A stretch of DNA of 64,000 bases from Acetobacteraceae bacterium. GTDB lineage: Bacteria > Pseudomonadota > Alphaproteobacteria > Acetobacterales > Acetobacteraceae. The notes below the pieces were generated by a model. The model was not told the DNA's origin. It saw nothing but the letters and a program-made list of their open reading frames with translations, and searched no databases. The stretch lies in NCBI GenBank assembly GCA_003506895.1, contig DNXO01000034.1, positions 26,569 to 90,568 of the forward strand. Reading direction: 5' to 3'. Made by a program: the position numbers and the translations under genes. This document shows positions 19,435 through 30,198 of this stretch, one piece after another. The stretch's first letter is position 1. Each line of letters starts with the position of its first letter.

Positions 19435-20172
19435 ATGCGCGTCCTGCTGGTCGAAGAGGACCTGATCGCCGCCCGCGGCATCACATTGATGCTGAAGGCC
19501 GCGGGCGCGGTCGTAGACCAGACCGATAGCGGTGAAGACTCGCTCGAACTGCTCCGGCACTATGAGTACGATATCGTGCTGCTCGACCTGACGCTGCCGG
19601 ATATCGAGGGGTTTGAGGTCGTGCGCCGCATCCGCATCGCCCGCAACGACACGCCGGTTGTGGTCTTGTCCAGCATCACCATGCCGCAAGCCAGGGTGAA
19701 GGCGCTTAGCCTGGGCGCCGACGACTTCATCACCAAGCCTTACGACAAGGCCGAATTGCTCGCCCGCATGCAGGCAATCGTCCGCCGCAGCAAGGGCTTC
19801 AGCCAACCGACCGTCCGTATGGGCCGGCTGGAACTGAACCTGGACAGCCGGGAAGTGCTGGTTGACGGGCGCGACATCCACCTGACCGGCAAGGAGTATT
19901 CGATCCTGGAGTTGCTGGTTCTGCGAAAAGGCATGGTCCTGACCAAGGAAGCGTTCCTGAACCACCTTTACGGTGGGATGGATGAACCAGAGGTTAAGAT
20001 CATCGATGTTTTTGTATGCAAACTCCGAAAAAAGCTGGCCCGCGCCGGCGCGGACGGGGTCATCGGCACGATCTGGGGCCGCGGCTACGTGATCCGGGAG
20101 TCGGCAACGCAGGAGCTTTTCGTAACCCCGCGGGAGCCGCTGCATATCCCAAGGATGTCACCGGCGGCCTGA
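19435..20172 (+). CDS. ctrA: Cell-cycle master regulator CtrA
   Basis: YDIVLLDLTLPD, HLTGKEYSILELL.LRKG..LTKE.FLNHLYGGMDEPE.KIIDVF.CKLRKKL; divergent from fliI. Confidence 0.93.
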   Translation: MRVLLVEEDLIAARGITLMLKAAGAVVDQTDSGEDSLELLRHYEYDIVLLDLTLPDIEGFEVVRRIRIARNDTPVVVLSSITMPQARVKALSLGADDFITKPYDKAELLARMQAIVRRSKGFSQPTVRMGRLELNLDSREVLVDGRDIHLTGKEYSILELLVLRKGMVLTKEAFLNHLYGGMDEPEVKIIDVFVCKLRKKLARAGADGVIGTIWGRGYVIRESATQELFVTPREPLHIPRMSPAA

Positions 20173-20285
20173 CCGGCGGGGGCGCCCTGATGTCCGCAAT
20201 CCGGGGCGCCGCCACGAGTCCAGCTTCTGGCAGCCAAGCAAGTCAGGACATGGCGTAATCCCGCGCCTTTCTCTATATCGCCCGC

Positions 20286-21083
20286 ATGACCACGCCATTC
20301 GTGAAGATGCACGGCTGCGGCAACGACTTCGTCATCCTCGACGAGCGTCCCCGTCCGCTCGGCCTGACCCAAGCGCGGGTGGCCAGAATTGCCAACCGCC
20401 ATATCGGCATCGGCTGCGACCAGCTTATCGTCCTGGAGCACACCGACAGCGCCGACGTGTTCATGCGTATCTACAATCCTGACGGGTCCGAGGCCGGCGC
20501 CTGCGGCAACGCCACGCGCTGCGTCGCCGATATCCTGATGCACGAGAGCGGCCGTGACACCGTCACCATCCAGACCGTGTCCGGCATTCTGCCCGCCACC
20601 TTGCTGAACGACGCCCAGATCCAGGTTGATATGGGGCCACCCCGCCTCGACTGGAAAGACGTTCCGCTTTCACGCGCGATGGATACGCTGCGTCTGGACC
20701 TGCCGGGCGAGCCGGCGGCGGCCAGCATGGGCAATCCGCACGCGACCTTCTTTGTCCCCGACGTCGAAGCCGAACCGATCGCCGAACGTGGCCCGGCACT
20801 GGAACACGACCCGCTTTTCCCCGCGCGCGCCAATATCGGTTTCGCCCAGATCATCGACCCGGAGACCATCCGCCTCCGTCTGTGGGAACGTGGCGCGGGA
20901 CTGACCCTGGCCTGCGGCTCCGGCGCCTGCGCCACGCTGGTCAACGCCAGCCGCCGGGGCCTCACCCATCGCCGAGCCAAAGTCATCGTTGACGGCGGCA
21001 CGCTGGAAATCGAGTGGCGAGAGGACGGCCACGTCTTGATGGCCGGCCCCAGCGTCACCGTTTTCCGCGGGCAATTGCCATGA
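20286..21083 (+). CDS. dapF: Diaminopimelate epimerase
   Basis: [39 protein letters not shown]. Confidence 0.97.
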   Translation: MTTPFVKMHGCGNDFVILDERPRPLGLTQARVARIANRHIGIGCDQLIVLEHTDSADVFMRIYNPDGSEAGACGNATRCVADILMHESGRDTVTIQTVSGILPATLLNDAQIQVDMGPPRLDWKDVPLSRAMDTLRLDLPGEPAAASMGNPHATFFVPDVEAEPIAERGPALEHDPLFPARANIGFAQIIDPETIRLRLWERGAGLTLACGSGACATLVNASRRGLTHRRAKVIVDGGTLEIEWREDGHVLMAGPSVTVFRGQLP

Positions 21084-22309
21084 GCGTCGATATCCTGACA
21101 TTCGGCTGCCGCCTGAACGCCTATGAATCCGAAGTCATGCGCGGCCTGTCCGCCACGGCCACCGACACCGTGATCGTCAACACCTGCGCCGTGACCGCCG
21201 AGGCGGAGCGTCAGGCCCGCCAGGCCATCCGCAAGGTCGCGCGCGAACGGCCGACGGCCCGCATCGTCGTCACCGGCTGCGCCGCGCAGATCGACCCGGG
21301 TTCCTGGGCGTCGATGCCGAACGTCGATCGCGTGCTGGGCAACGACGACAAGCTGAAACCCGAAAGCTGGCTGCCCGGCGCCGGCTCGGCCGTGTCCGAC
21401 ATCATGGCCGCGCGCGAAACCGCCGCCCATCTGGTTACCGAGTTCGCCAGCCGGGCACGGGCGTTCGTCCAGGTTCAGCAGGGCTGCGATCACCGCTGCA
21501 CCTTCTGCATCATCCCGTTCGGCCGCGGCCCCAACCGGTCGGTGCCCATCGGCGTCATCGCCGATCAGGTCCGCACGCTGGTGGCCGGCGGCTATCAGGA
21601 AGTCGTGCTGACCGGCGTCGATGTCGCGTCCTATGGACCGGACCTGCCCGGCGCCCCGTCGCTGGGGCAGATGATCCGCCGCCTGCTGCTAGCGGTGCCC
21701 GAACTGCCGCGGCTGCGCCTGTCCTCCATCGATCCCGCCGCCATCGACGACGCCCTGTGGCGGCTGATCGCCGAGGAACCGCGCCTGATGCCGCATCTAC
21801 ACTTGTCGCTTCAGGCCGGCAGCGACCTGATCCTGAAGCGCATGCGCCGCCGCCATCTACGAGCCGAGGCGCTGCAGGTTGTCCACCGAGCGCGGGATCT
21901 GCGGCCGGGAATTGCGATCGGCGCCGACCTGATCGCTGGCTTTCCCACCGAAACCGACGAATTGTTCGACGAAACCCTGCGTTTCGTCAGCGAGGCCGCC
22001 CTGCCCTACCTCCATGTCTTCCCCTACAGCGAGCGTCCAGGCACCCCCGCCGCTCGGATGCCGTCCGTGCCCAAGCCCGTCCGCAAGCAGCGCGCCGCCG
22101 CCCTGCGCGAAGCAGGCGCCGCCGAGGCCGGGCGTTTCTTTGCCGCCCAGATCGGCCGCACCGTGTCGCTGCTGACAGAGGCCGATCAGACCGGCCACAG
22201 CGAACACTTCGCCCCCGTGCGCCTGATGCAGCCAACCGAACCCGGCCGGCTGCTGTCCGCCCGCGTGACCGGCGCGACCGACGAAACCCTGCTGGCGGAG
22301 GCCGCTTAA
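21080..22309 (+). CDS. mtaB: tRNA t6A37 methylthiotransferase (radical SAM)
   Basis: [32 protein letters not shown]; dapF-mtaB-ftsY order. Confidence 0.93.
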   Translation: MSVDILTFGCRLNAYESEVMRGLSATATDTVIVNTCAVTAEAERQARQAIRKVARERPTARIVVTGCAAQIDPGSWASMPNVDRVLGNDDKLKPESWLPGAGSAVSDIMAARETAAHLVTEFASRARAFVQVQQGCDHRCTFCIIPFGRGPNRSVPIGVIADQVRTLVAGGYQEVVLTGVDVASYGPDLPGAPSLGQMIRRLLLAVPELPRLRLSSIDPAAIDDALWRLIAEEPRLMPHLHLSLQAGSDLILKRMRRRHLRAEALQVVHRARDLRPGIAIGADLIAGFPTETDELFDETLRFVSEAALPYLHVFPYSERPGTPAARMPSVPKPVRKQRAAALREAGAAEAGRFFAAQIGRTVSLLTEADQTGHSEHFAPVRLMQPTEPGRLLSARVTGATDETLLAEAA

Positions 22310-23241
22310 TGGCACTCGGAAGTTTCTTCTCCCGCCTGAAGGAGGGCCTGTCCCGCAGCACGCAAAAGCTGTCCGGCGGTATTACCGCGGTGTTCAAGAA
22401 GCGCCGTCTGGATGACGAGGCGCTGGAGGAGCTGGAAGAACTGCTGATCGCCGCGGACCTGGGAACCGAGGCCGCGCGCAAGGTCATCGCCGCATTCCGC
22501 CGCACCCGTTTCGGCAAGGAAGTGACCGACGACGAGATCAAGCAGGCGCTGGCCGAGGAAATCGCCGCGATCCTGGCGCCCGTCGCAAAGCCGCTGGAAC
22601 TGGATCCGGCGCACCGGCCGCATGTGGTGCTGGTCGTCGGCGTGAACGGCACCGGCAAGACCACGACGATCGGCAAGTTGGCGCAGTCCTACAAGGAACA
22701 GGGCAAACGCGCCGTCATGGCCGCCGGCGACACATTCCGTGCCGCGGCGGTGGAGCAACTACAAATCTGGGGCGAGCGCACCGGAACGCCCGTCGTCTCG
22801 GGTGGCCAAAACGCGGACTCGGCCGGGCTGGCCTTTGACGCCCTGACCCGAGCGAAGGCGGACGACGCGGACGTGCTGCTGATCGACACCGCCGGGCGCC
22901 TGCACAACAAGGCCGCCTTGATGGATGAACTGGCGAAGATCATCCGCGTGCTGCGCAAGCAGGACCCGACCGCCCCGCATTCCGTGCTGCTGGTGCTGGA
23001 TGCGACGACCGGCCAGAACGCGATACAGCAGGTGAAGGTCTTCAAGGACATGGTGGCCGTCACCGGCCTCGTCGTCACCAAGCTGGACGGCAGCGCCCGG
23101 GGCGGCATCGTCGTCGCCCTGGCCGAGACGTTCGGTATGCCGGTTCATGCGGTCGGGGTAGGTGAAAAAGCCGGCGATCTGCGACCGTTTGACGCAGGGG
23201 AGTTTGCCCGCGGCTTGGTCGGGGCGGAGGTGACCGTCTAG
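22309..23241 (+). CDS. ftsY: Signal recognition particle receptor FtsY
   Basis: GVNGTGKTTTIGK, DTFRAAA, DTAGRLHNK, TKLDGSARGG. Confidence 0.97.
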   Translation: MALGSFFSRLKEGLSRSTQKLSGGITAVFKKRRLDDEALEELEELLIAADLGTEAARKVIAAFRRTRFGKEVTDDEIKQALAEEIAAILAPVAKPLELDPAHRPHVVLVVGVNGTGKTTTIGKLAQSYKEQGKRAVMAAGDTFRAAAVEQLQIWGERTGTPVVSGGQNADSAGLAFDALTRAKADDADVLLIDTAGRLHNKAALMDELAKIIRVLRKQDPTAPHSVLLVLDATTGQNAIQQVKVFKDMVAVTGLVVTKLDGSARGGIVVALAETFGMPVHAVGVGEKAGDLRPFDAGEFARGLVGAEVTV

Positions 23242-23324
23242 ACGCCAATCCAGGGCGTCGGACGGACCAAGAAAATTACCATATATCAGAATAATATCGA
23301 ATATACTCACATTGCCCGCGGACA

Positions 23325-23379
23325 TTAACGGACCGTTACCTGGCGTCTACAAAACACCCGCTGGATAACGAAGTATTAA
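23325..23379. promoter_or_regulatory. Two CtrA-like boxes upstream of the FAD oxidoreductase
   Basis: TTAA-CGGACCG-TTAC (23325-23339) and ATAA-CGAAGTA-TTAA (23365-23379), each one mismatch from TTAA-N7-TTAA. Confidence 0.4.
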
Positions 23380-23530
23380 GCTGGGAGCACCACTATATGG
23401 CGCGATTTGGCCTTTCCCGCGGGAGAAGGGCGCCATCGTTAACGCCGCATTCGGTCTCCTCTCCAGGAATTGCGTTGCCTGTGTCGGTACGATTGCCGAA
23501 ATTGCACTTGTTCCAATGATAGTGGGTAAC

Positions 23531-24796
23531 ATGACTGAAATCGTCGATGTCGCGATTATCGGCGCGGGGCCGTACGGGCTTTCAATAGCCGCCCACCTTT
23601 CCGGAGGCGGTGTGGATTACCGCATTTTCGGTACCCCGATGCACACTTGGCGCACCTCGATGCCCGATGGGATGGTGCTGAAGTCCGAGGGCAACGCCTC
23701 TAACCTCTACGACCCCGGCGGCGAGCTGACGCTGGAGCGATTTTGCTCGGAGAACGGTCTGCCTTACGAGCATACCGGCTACCCGATCCCGCTCACCACG
23801 TTCATCGATTACGGCATCGCCTTCCAGCGACGTTTCGTCCCTCGCCTGGAAGACCGCCAGGTCACCGACGTTATCCCGACGTCCTACGGCTTCGACCTCC
23901 ACCTCCAGGATGGCGAGATCGCACCAGCGCGGCGTTTGATCGTCGCCGCGGGCATCCGCGCCTACGAATACATGCCGCCGGAACTTGCGGAACTGCCGCA
24001 CGGCCTGGCGTCGCACAGTGCGGCCCATGTCAAGGTGGGCGGCTTCGCGGGTCGGGAGGTCGCGATTATCGGCGGCGGCGCGTCGGCGGTAAACCTCGCG
24101 GCCCTGCTGCACAAGAACGACGCCAAGGTGACGCTTGTCGTCCGCAAGGACGCAATCGCCTATTGCGGTCCGCCAACAGAGCGTACGTTTCTTGACCGGA
24201 TCAAGGAACCAGAATCCGGTCTGGGAACCGGTTGGCGTTCGTGGGCCTGCTGCGCGATGCCGGGCGTGTTCAATGCCATGCCCGAAAAGTTCCGCGTGAT
24301 GATCGTCCGCAAGCATTTGCCCGCGGCCCCAGGCTGGACACTTCAACCACAGGTCGACGGCATCGTCCCGACCATCCCGGGTGCAACAATCGCCCACGCG
24401 CGCGCGAGCGGCGGACGGGTGCGACTGGAACTCGCGTTGCGCCAGGGCGGGGCCAAGGTCCTGACCGCCGACCATGTGATTGCCGGCACCGGCTACCGCG
24501 TGGACATGCGGCGCCTGGCGTTCTTTGGGCCCGACATCCTGGATCGCCTGGATTGCGTCGATCAGACACCTCGTCTTTCGCGTCGGTTCGAAAGTTCCAT
24601 TCCCGGACTGTTCTTCGTTGGCACCGCTGCCGCCAACAGCTTCGGTCCGCTGATGCGCTTCGCTTACGGCGCCAACTTCGCCGCCAAGCGGCTGACCGGC
24701 TATCTGTCACAGTCGGCGGTACGAGGAAGCGTGCGGCCCAATCCGGTCCAGTCCAGCCAGTGGCCGAAAGAAGGCCTTGCTGGCACAGCCGATTGA
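23531..24796 (+). CDS. FAD/NAD(P)-binding oxidoreductase (flavoprotein monooxygenase-like)
   Basis: Two Rossmann motifs IIGAGPYG and IIGGGASA, IAGTGYR, ESSIPGLFFVG. Confidence 0.88.
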   Translation: MTEIVDVAIIGAGPYGLSIAAHLSGGGVDYRIFGTPMHTWRTSMPDGMVLKSEGNASNLYDPGGELTLERFCSENGLPYEHTGYPIPLTTFIDYGIAFQRRFVPRLEDRQVTDVIPTSYGFDLHLQDGEIAPARRLIVAAGIRAYEYMPPELAELPHGLASHSAAHVKVGGFAGREVAIIGGGASAVNLAALLHKNDAKVTLVVRKDAIAYCGPPTERTFLDRIKEPESGLGTGWRSWACCAMPGVFNAMPEKFRVMIVRKHLPAAPGWTLQPQVDGIVPTIPGATIAHARASGGRVRLELALRQGGAKVLTADHVIAGTGYRVDMRRLAFFGPDILDRLDCVDQTPRLSRRFESSIPGLFFVGTAAANSFGPLMRFAYGANFAAKRLTGYLSQSAVRGSVRPNPVQSSQWPKEGLAGTAD

Positions 24797-24827
24797 ACCG
24801 GGGATGGGGCGCGCCTAAGGCCACGCC

Positions 24828-25808
24828 TCACATTGGCTGACGCCGCTGCCGAACCTCCCAAGCCTCGGTCAGCAGACACAGTATCTCGAACAGCATCGAC
24901 GCGCCGTTGAACGCGGTCAGCGTCCCGAGGTCGAACGGCGGCGACACCTCCACCAGATCGCCACCCACAAAGTCGATGCCGCGGAGTTCACGCAACAGCC
25001 GCAGGGCCTGCAATGCTGTTATCCCGCCAGCCTCGGGCGTACCGGTGCCGGGGGCTTGGCTCGGGTCCAGGCTATCGATATCGAAGGTCAGGTAGGTCGG
25101 ACCGCTGCCGGCGATTCGGCGGGCCTCCTCGGCGGCATAGCGCCAGCCCTTGTCGTCGAATTCCTCCATCGGCAGCACCCGCATGCCGCTGCGTTGGCTG
25201 AAGCCCCACATGTCGGGGTCGTTGGTCGTGCCGCGGATGCCGATCTGGATCACGCGGGCGGGGTCCAGCAGACCCTCCTCGACGGCCCGGCGAAACGGCG
25301 CACCGTGGTGGAAGCGGGAGCCCATGTAGTCATCGCCGGTGTCGCAGTGGGCGTCGATGTGGATCATCCCGACCGGCCCGCCCGCGGCGACGGCCCGCAG
25401 GATCGGCAGGCTGATGGAATGGTCGCCACCGACCGACAGAGGCACGATTCCGGCCCCGGTGACGGTACGATAGAACGTCTCGATCTCTTTCAACGCGCCC
25501 TGGATTTCATAGGGGTGCTCGATCCAGCAATCGCCGAGATCACGAACGCGCGCCGTGGCGAAGGGGGCTACGCGGGTAATGGCGTTCATCCGGCGCAGCA
25601 TGGTGGATTGTTCGCGCACCGATCGGGGGCCGTGGCGGGTGCCGGAGCGGTGGGTCACGCCGCCGTCAAACGGGACGCCGATGATGCCGATATCCACGTC
25701 CCGCAGGCTTTGCGTGGCCTCCGTACGGAAGAAGGTGGCGATGCCGGTATAGCGCGGGTGGGCCTGCGGGTCATGGAAGTCCGGGTAGGTCCGCGGCGGT
25801 TTGATCAT
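24828..25808 (-). CDS. Ureohydrolase (agmatinase/guanidinobutyrase-like)
   Basis: GVPFDGG, GGDHSIS, DAHCD, HHGAPF, FDIDSLDP, GTGTPEAGG Mn-binding motifs. Confidence 0.92.
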   Translation of the reverse strand: MIKPPRTYPDFHDPQAHPRYTGIATFFRTEATQSLRDVDIGIIGVPFDGGVTHRSGTRHGPRSVREQSTMLRRMNAITRVAPFATARVRDLGDCWIEHPYEIQGALKEIETFYRTVTGAGIVPLSVGGDHSISLPILRAVAAGGPVGMIHIDAHCDTGDDYMGSRFHHGAPFRRAVEEGLLDPARVIQIGIRGTTNDPDMWGFSQRSGMRVLPMEEFDDKGWRYAAEEARRIAGSGPTYLTFDIDSLDPSQAPGTGTPEAGGITALQALRLLRELRGIDFVGGDLVEVSPPFDLGTLTAFNGASMLFEILCLLTEAWEVRQRRQPM

Positions 25809-25986
25809 CCATCTCACTCCGGCATCGTTGGCGTTGTCGTCATATTGCCTCACAGACCCGGAATTTTCAGGTTGTTTGCGATGGCCCCCGGCGAATTGGA
25901 ATGAATGCCTTTTCAAGCGCCAGCGTCCCACCCTTTCCATCCGCCCCGATCATCCGGCATTGTTCGTTCGGGATGGGGGAACGGCG

Positions 25987-27516
25987 ATGAGCAACGTGGA
26001 AACGGCGGCGGGCAAGGTGCGTGGGTCCGCGGTGGAGGGCGTCCTGACGTTCAGGACCATCCCTTATGCCGCCTCGACCTCCGGCGCCAACCGGTTCCGG
26101 CCACCCCAACCAGTCGCGGCATGGAACGGCGTGCGGGACTGCACGGAATTTGCCGGTAAGGCACCGCAGGCGGGACTACGCCCACCAACCCGACCGGAGC
26201 TGGAGAATTTCTCCGGGGCCGCCGATGCCTCGCCGGAGACCGAGGACTGCCTGACCGTCAATGTCTGGACGCCGGGGACGAACGGGAAACGTCCTGTGAT
26301 GGTGTGGTTCCATGGCGGGGCCTTTGCCTATGGCAACGCCAACTCCCCCCGGACGCACGGCAGCAGACTGGCAGCGAAGAACGACGTCGTTGTCGTCACG
26401 GTCAACCAGCGGCTGAACATTTTTGGCCATCTAGATGTATCTGCGATCGGCGGCGACGCGCATTCTGGCAATGCTGGCACATTGGACATGGTCGCCGCGC
26501 TGGAATGGGTGCGGGACAATATCGCCATGTTTGGCGGCGACCCCGGGTGCGTCACGATCTTTGGCGAGTCCGGCGGCGGCGCCAAGGTTTCCACGCTGCT
26601 GGCGATGCCGCGCGCAAAAGGGCTGTTTCATCGCGCAATCATTCAAAGCGGCGCGGCGGTTCGGCTGCGGACCAGGGAACGCGCGCTGGCGTTGACCGAA
26701 TGCGTGCTGCGCCACCTGGGGGTCAGCACAGTCGAGCAATTGCGGGCCGTGCCCGTCGCACGGTTATTGGCGGCGGTCGAACCGGCTTCCCAGGCGCTGG
26801 GAGCCTCCCCTTCCCCACTGTTCGACCGGTATCCGTTCGGGCCGGTCGTGGATGGCGACGTGCTGCGGGCCCAGCCGTTCGATCCAGCGGCGTCAGCGGT
26901 GTGCGCCGACGTGCCGGTCATCATCGGGGACATGAAGACCGAGACCGCGAATTTCCTCGCCGTGGTGGACAAGGTCTGGGACCGCACGCTGACGGAACCC
27001 GAGATGCGACAGCGGGTCCAGGCGATTGCCGGCGCCGATACCGCCCGCGTGCTGGATTTGTATGGGCGGTTGTATCCCACCCTGAATCCGGCCGAACGGC
27101 TGATCGCGGTGACAACGGACTGCAATTTCCGCATACGCTCTCTGGTGCTGGCGCAACGCCGAGCGGCACTGAAGCGGGCGCCGGTGTGGATGTATTCGTT
27201 TGAATGGGAAACGCCGGTGCTGGGCGGCAAGCTGATGGCGCCGCACGCGATGGATGTCCCGTTCACCTTCAACACGCTGGACCTGACCAACGCGACCGGC
27301 GGCAGTCCCCAGGCTCAGGCACTGTCCGATGCAATGTCGTCGGTCTGGGCGGCGTTCGCGCGAAACGGGCGGCCAGACCATGCGGCGATCCCGGCCTGGC
27401 CGGCGTATGATGCAACGACGCGGGCCACCCTGGTCCTGGACACCGCGTGCCGGATAGAGAACGATCCACGGGGCGAAGAACGACATCTGTGGCAGGACAT
27501 CACAGGCACGCTATAG
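25987..27516 (+). CDS. Type-B carboxylesterase
   Basis: EDCLTVNVW, HGGAF oxyanion hole, FGESGGG nucleophile, PHAMDVPF His. Confidence 0.93.
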   Translation: MSNVETAAGKVRGSAVEGVLTFRTIPYAASTSGANRFRPPQPVAAWNGVRDCTEFAGKAPQAGLRPPTRPELENFSGAADASPETEDCLTVNVWTPGTNGKRPVMVWFHGGAFAYGNANSPRTHGSRLAAKNDVVVVTVNQRLNIFGHLDVSAIGGDAHSGNAGTLDMVAALEWVRDNIAMFGGDPGCVTIFGESGGGAKVSTLLAMPRAKGLFHRAIIQSGAAVRLRTRERALALTECVLRHLGVSTVEQLRAVPVARLLAAVEPASQALGASPSPLFDRYPFGPVVDGDVLRAQPFDPAASAVCADVPVIIGDMKTETANFLAVVDKVWDRTLTEPEMRQRVQAIAGADTARVLDLYGRLYPTLNPAERLIAVTTDCNFRIRSLVLAQRRAALKRAPVWMYSFEWETPVLGGKLMAPHAMDVPFTFNTLDLTNATGGSPQAQALSDAMSSVWAAFARNGRPDHAAIPAWPAYDATTRATLVLDTACRIENDPRGEERHLWQDITGTL

Positions 27517-27528
27517 GGGGAACAATCC

Positions 27529-28524
27529 ATGCAGGTTCAAACCGTCACCGGCCCGATCGGGCTACATCAGCTCGGCCGCACCTTGATGCACGAGCATCTG
27601 TTCATTGCGTTCTCCGGCGCCGAATTCGATCCGACCGCGACATTCGACCGCCCCGGCTTCGTTGCGGAGGCCGTGCGAAGGCTGAAGCAGTTGCGAACGG
27701 ATCACGGGGTGCGGAGCTTCGTCGATCCCTGCCCGATCGAACTGGGCCGCGACGCCGCACTGATGAAGGAAATCGCCGAGAAATCGGAGATGAACGTCGT
27801 CTGCACCACGGGCTTCTATTTCGAGGAAATGGGGCTGCCGATCTACTGGCGGGCGCGGACCGTGGAGGAAATCGCTGAGCTGTATATACGCGAAATCACA
27901 CACGGAATCGGCGATACCGGCGTGAGGGCCGGTGCGATCAAGGTGGCCACCGGGGCGCCCGCCATCACCGCGCTGGAGCAGAAATTCCTCGATGCTGCCT
28001 GTGTGGCGCAGAAGGCGACGGGCGTGCCGATCATCACCCATACCCAGGACGGGCATGCGGGACCGGAGCAGCAGGCGGCGTTCGCCAAAGGCGGCGTGCC
28101 GGCGCATCGTTGCCTGATCGGGCATTGCTGCGGCAACGCCGATCCGGCGTATCATCAGCGCGTGGTCGATGGCGGATCGTATATCGGGTTCGACCGCATC
28201 GGGCTGCTGCGGTTCCAGCCGGATGAAGTGCGCGCCGACAACCTGGTGCGGCTGGTGCGCAACGGCTATCGCGGCCAGATCATGATGAGCCAGGATCGAC
28301 ATTGCGGCTGGTTCGGCAAATACGCCCGCCAGGTTTCGGCGGAGGAGCAGGCGCGCATGGACGCGCTGCGCGCCGTCGGCCAGTGGCCGCCGCCCTATAC
28401 CTATCTGTTCACCGATTTCGTGCCGATGCTGAAAGAACGTGGGCTATCGGACGCGGAGATATTTTCTATGCTGGACGATAATCCCCGCCGGTTTTTCGGC
28501 GGCGAAACACTGCCGAGGGCCTGA
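27529..28524 (+). CDS. Phosphotriesterase-family (PTE/PLL/PHP) amidohydrolase
   Basis: TLMHEHL, GAIKVAT (carbamylated Lys), ITHT, IGHCC, MSQD binuclear metal ligands. Confidence 0.92.
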   Translation: MQVQTVTGPIGLHQLGRTLMHEHLFIAFSGAEFDPTATFDRPGFVAEAVRRLKQLRTDHGVRSFVDPCPIELGRDAALMKEIAEKSEMNVVCTTGFYFEEMGLPIYWRARTVEEIAELYIREITHGIGDTGVRAGAIKVATGAPAITALEQKFLDAACVAQKATGVPIITHTQDGHAGPEQQAAFAKGGVPAHRCLIGHCCGNADPAYHQRVVDGGSYIGFDRIGLLRFQPDEVRADNLVRLVRNGYRGQIMMSQDRHCGWFGKYARQVSAEEQARMDALRAVGQWPPPYTYLFTDFVPMLKERGLSDAEIFSMLDDNPRRFFGGETLPRA

Positions 28525-30113
28525 TGCAAGCGGACTATATCGTTGTCGGTGCCGGTTCCGCCGGATGTGTCGTGGCGGCGCGCCTGAGCGAAACTGGCGC
28601 GTCGGTCATTCTGCTGGAGGCGGGACCGAAGGACTCGCTGCCGTGGATTCACATCCCGGCGGGCATCCTGCATCTTCTGTATCATCCCGTGGTGAACTGG
28701 AACTACAGCGCCGACGGGCCGGGGGGACGCGCGATCCACTGGCCCCGGGGCAAGACGCTGGGCGGGTCGAGCTCGATCAACGGCATGCTGTATGTGCGCG
28801 GCAATCCGGCCGATTTCGACGGGTGGGCGCAGATGGGCTGCCGCGGCTGGAGTTTCGACGACGTGCTGCCGTATTTCCGCAAGTCGGAGGACTACAAGCA
28901 AGGCACCGACGCCGAATACCGCGGCAAGGGCGGCCCGCTGAAAGTGGAAGGCTACCGCACGATCCTGCCGCTGACCCACAAGTTCATCGAGGGCGCGCAA
29001 CAGGCCGGTTTCAAATTCAGCAAGGACCTGAACGGCCGCGAACAAGAGGGCGTCGGCTACTCGCAAATGACCCGCAAGGGCCGCTGGCGTGGGTCAACCG
29101 CGCAAACCTTCCTGAAAGAAGCCGCCGGCCGCCCGAATTTGCGGGTGGAAACCGAGGCGCTGGCGTCGAAACTGCTGTTCGACGGCAAACGCTGCATCGG
29201 CGTCGCATTTCGCCAGCGCGGGAAGACGATCGAGGCGCGGGCGGGCAAGGAGGTGATCCTGTGCGGCGGCGCGATCAACTCGCCGCATCTGCTGCAGATC
29301 TCCGGAATCGGTCCGGCGGAGCATCTGCAATCCATCGGCGTGCCGGTGGTGCACGAACTGCGCGGCGTCGGGTCGAACTTGCAGGATCATTACGTTGCGC
29401 GCGTGTCGCACCGGGTCAAAGGCGCGATCTCCATCAACAAGCTGTCGCGTGGCCTGCGGGTGGTACGCGAAGCGATGCGGTTCGCGTTCGAAGGGCGCGG
29501 GGCGCTGACGTTCGGGGTTACCACGGCGCAGGTATTCTGCCGGTCCACGCCTGAAAAGGCCAGTCCCGACCTGCAATTGCTGTTCACTCCGGCGAGCTAC
29601 GATCCCAACAAATTCCTCGCACTGGAGGATGAAGACGGCATGACCGTGGCGGTGTGCCCGGTCCGGCCGGACAGCCGGGGCACGATCATGGCGCGCAGCG
29701 CGGATCCCGCCGAAAAGCCGCTGATCTCTCCCAACTATCTGTCCGATCCGGCGGATATGCGGGTGCTGTCGGCTGGCATACGGTTCACGCGGCAGATATT
29801 CGCCGCACCGGCGATCGCGCAGTACAGCGTGGTGGAGACCCTGCCCGGGCCGGACGTTACGACCGAGGATGGACTCCTGGATTATGCCAAGCGGTTCGGC
29901 ACCACGATCTATCACCCGGTGGGGACGTGCCGGATGGGTGATGGCCCGGCGGCTGTGGTGGATTCAAGGCTGCGGGTGCATGGGATCCAGGGCCTGCGGG
30001 TCATCGATGCGTCGGTGATGCCTACGTTGACGACGGGGAATACCAACGCCCCGACGATCATGATTGGGGAGAAGGGCGCGGCGATGATCCGAGAGGACAA
30101 CGCGGCGGGATAG
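28524..30113 (+). CDS. GMC-family oxidoreductase (choline/alcohol dehydrogenase-like)
   Basis: VVGAGSAG, PRGKTLGGSSSINGM, VGSNLQDH, YHPVGTCRMG, GNTNAPT; start overlaps PTE stop. Confidence 0.95.
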   Translation: MQADYIVVGAGSAGCVVAARLSETGASVILLEAGPKDSLPWIHIPAGILHLLYHPVVNWNYSADGPGGRAIHWPRGKTLGGSSSINGMLYVRGNPADFDGWAQMGCRGWSFDDVLPYFRKSEDYKQGTDAEYRGKGGPLKVEGYRTILPLTHKFIEGAQQAGFKFSKDLNGREQEGVGYSQMTRKGRWRGSTAQTFLKEAAGRPNLRVETEALASKLLFDGKRCIGVAFRQRGKTIEARAGKEVILCGGAINSPHLLQISGIGPAEHLQSIGVPVVHELRGVGSNLQDHYVARVSHRVKGAISINKLSRGLRVVREAMRFAFEGRGALTFGVTTAQVFCRSTPEKASPDLQLLFTPASYDPNKFLALEDEDGMTVAVCPVRPDSRGTIMARSADPAEKPLISPNYLSDPADMRVLSAGIRFTRQIFAAPAIAQYSVVETLPGPDVTTEDGLLDYAKRFGTTIYHPVGTCRMGDGPAAVVDSRLRVHGIQGLRVIDASVMPTLTTGNTNAPTIMIGEKGAAMIREDNAAG

Positions 30114-30198
30114 GACTCCAAGCTCCGCGACGGGAACGCGCGCCAGTTGGCGCGTCGTCGCCCATTCTGCATCCTTTCCATCAAACGGAGAGCGAAAC

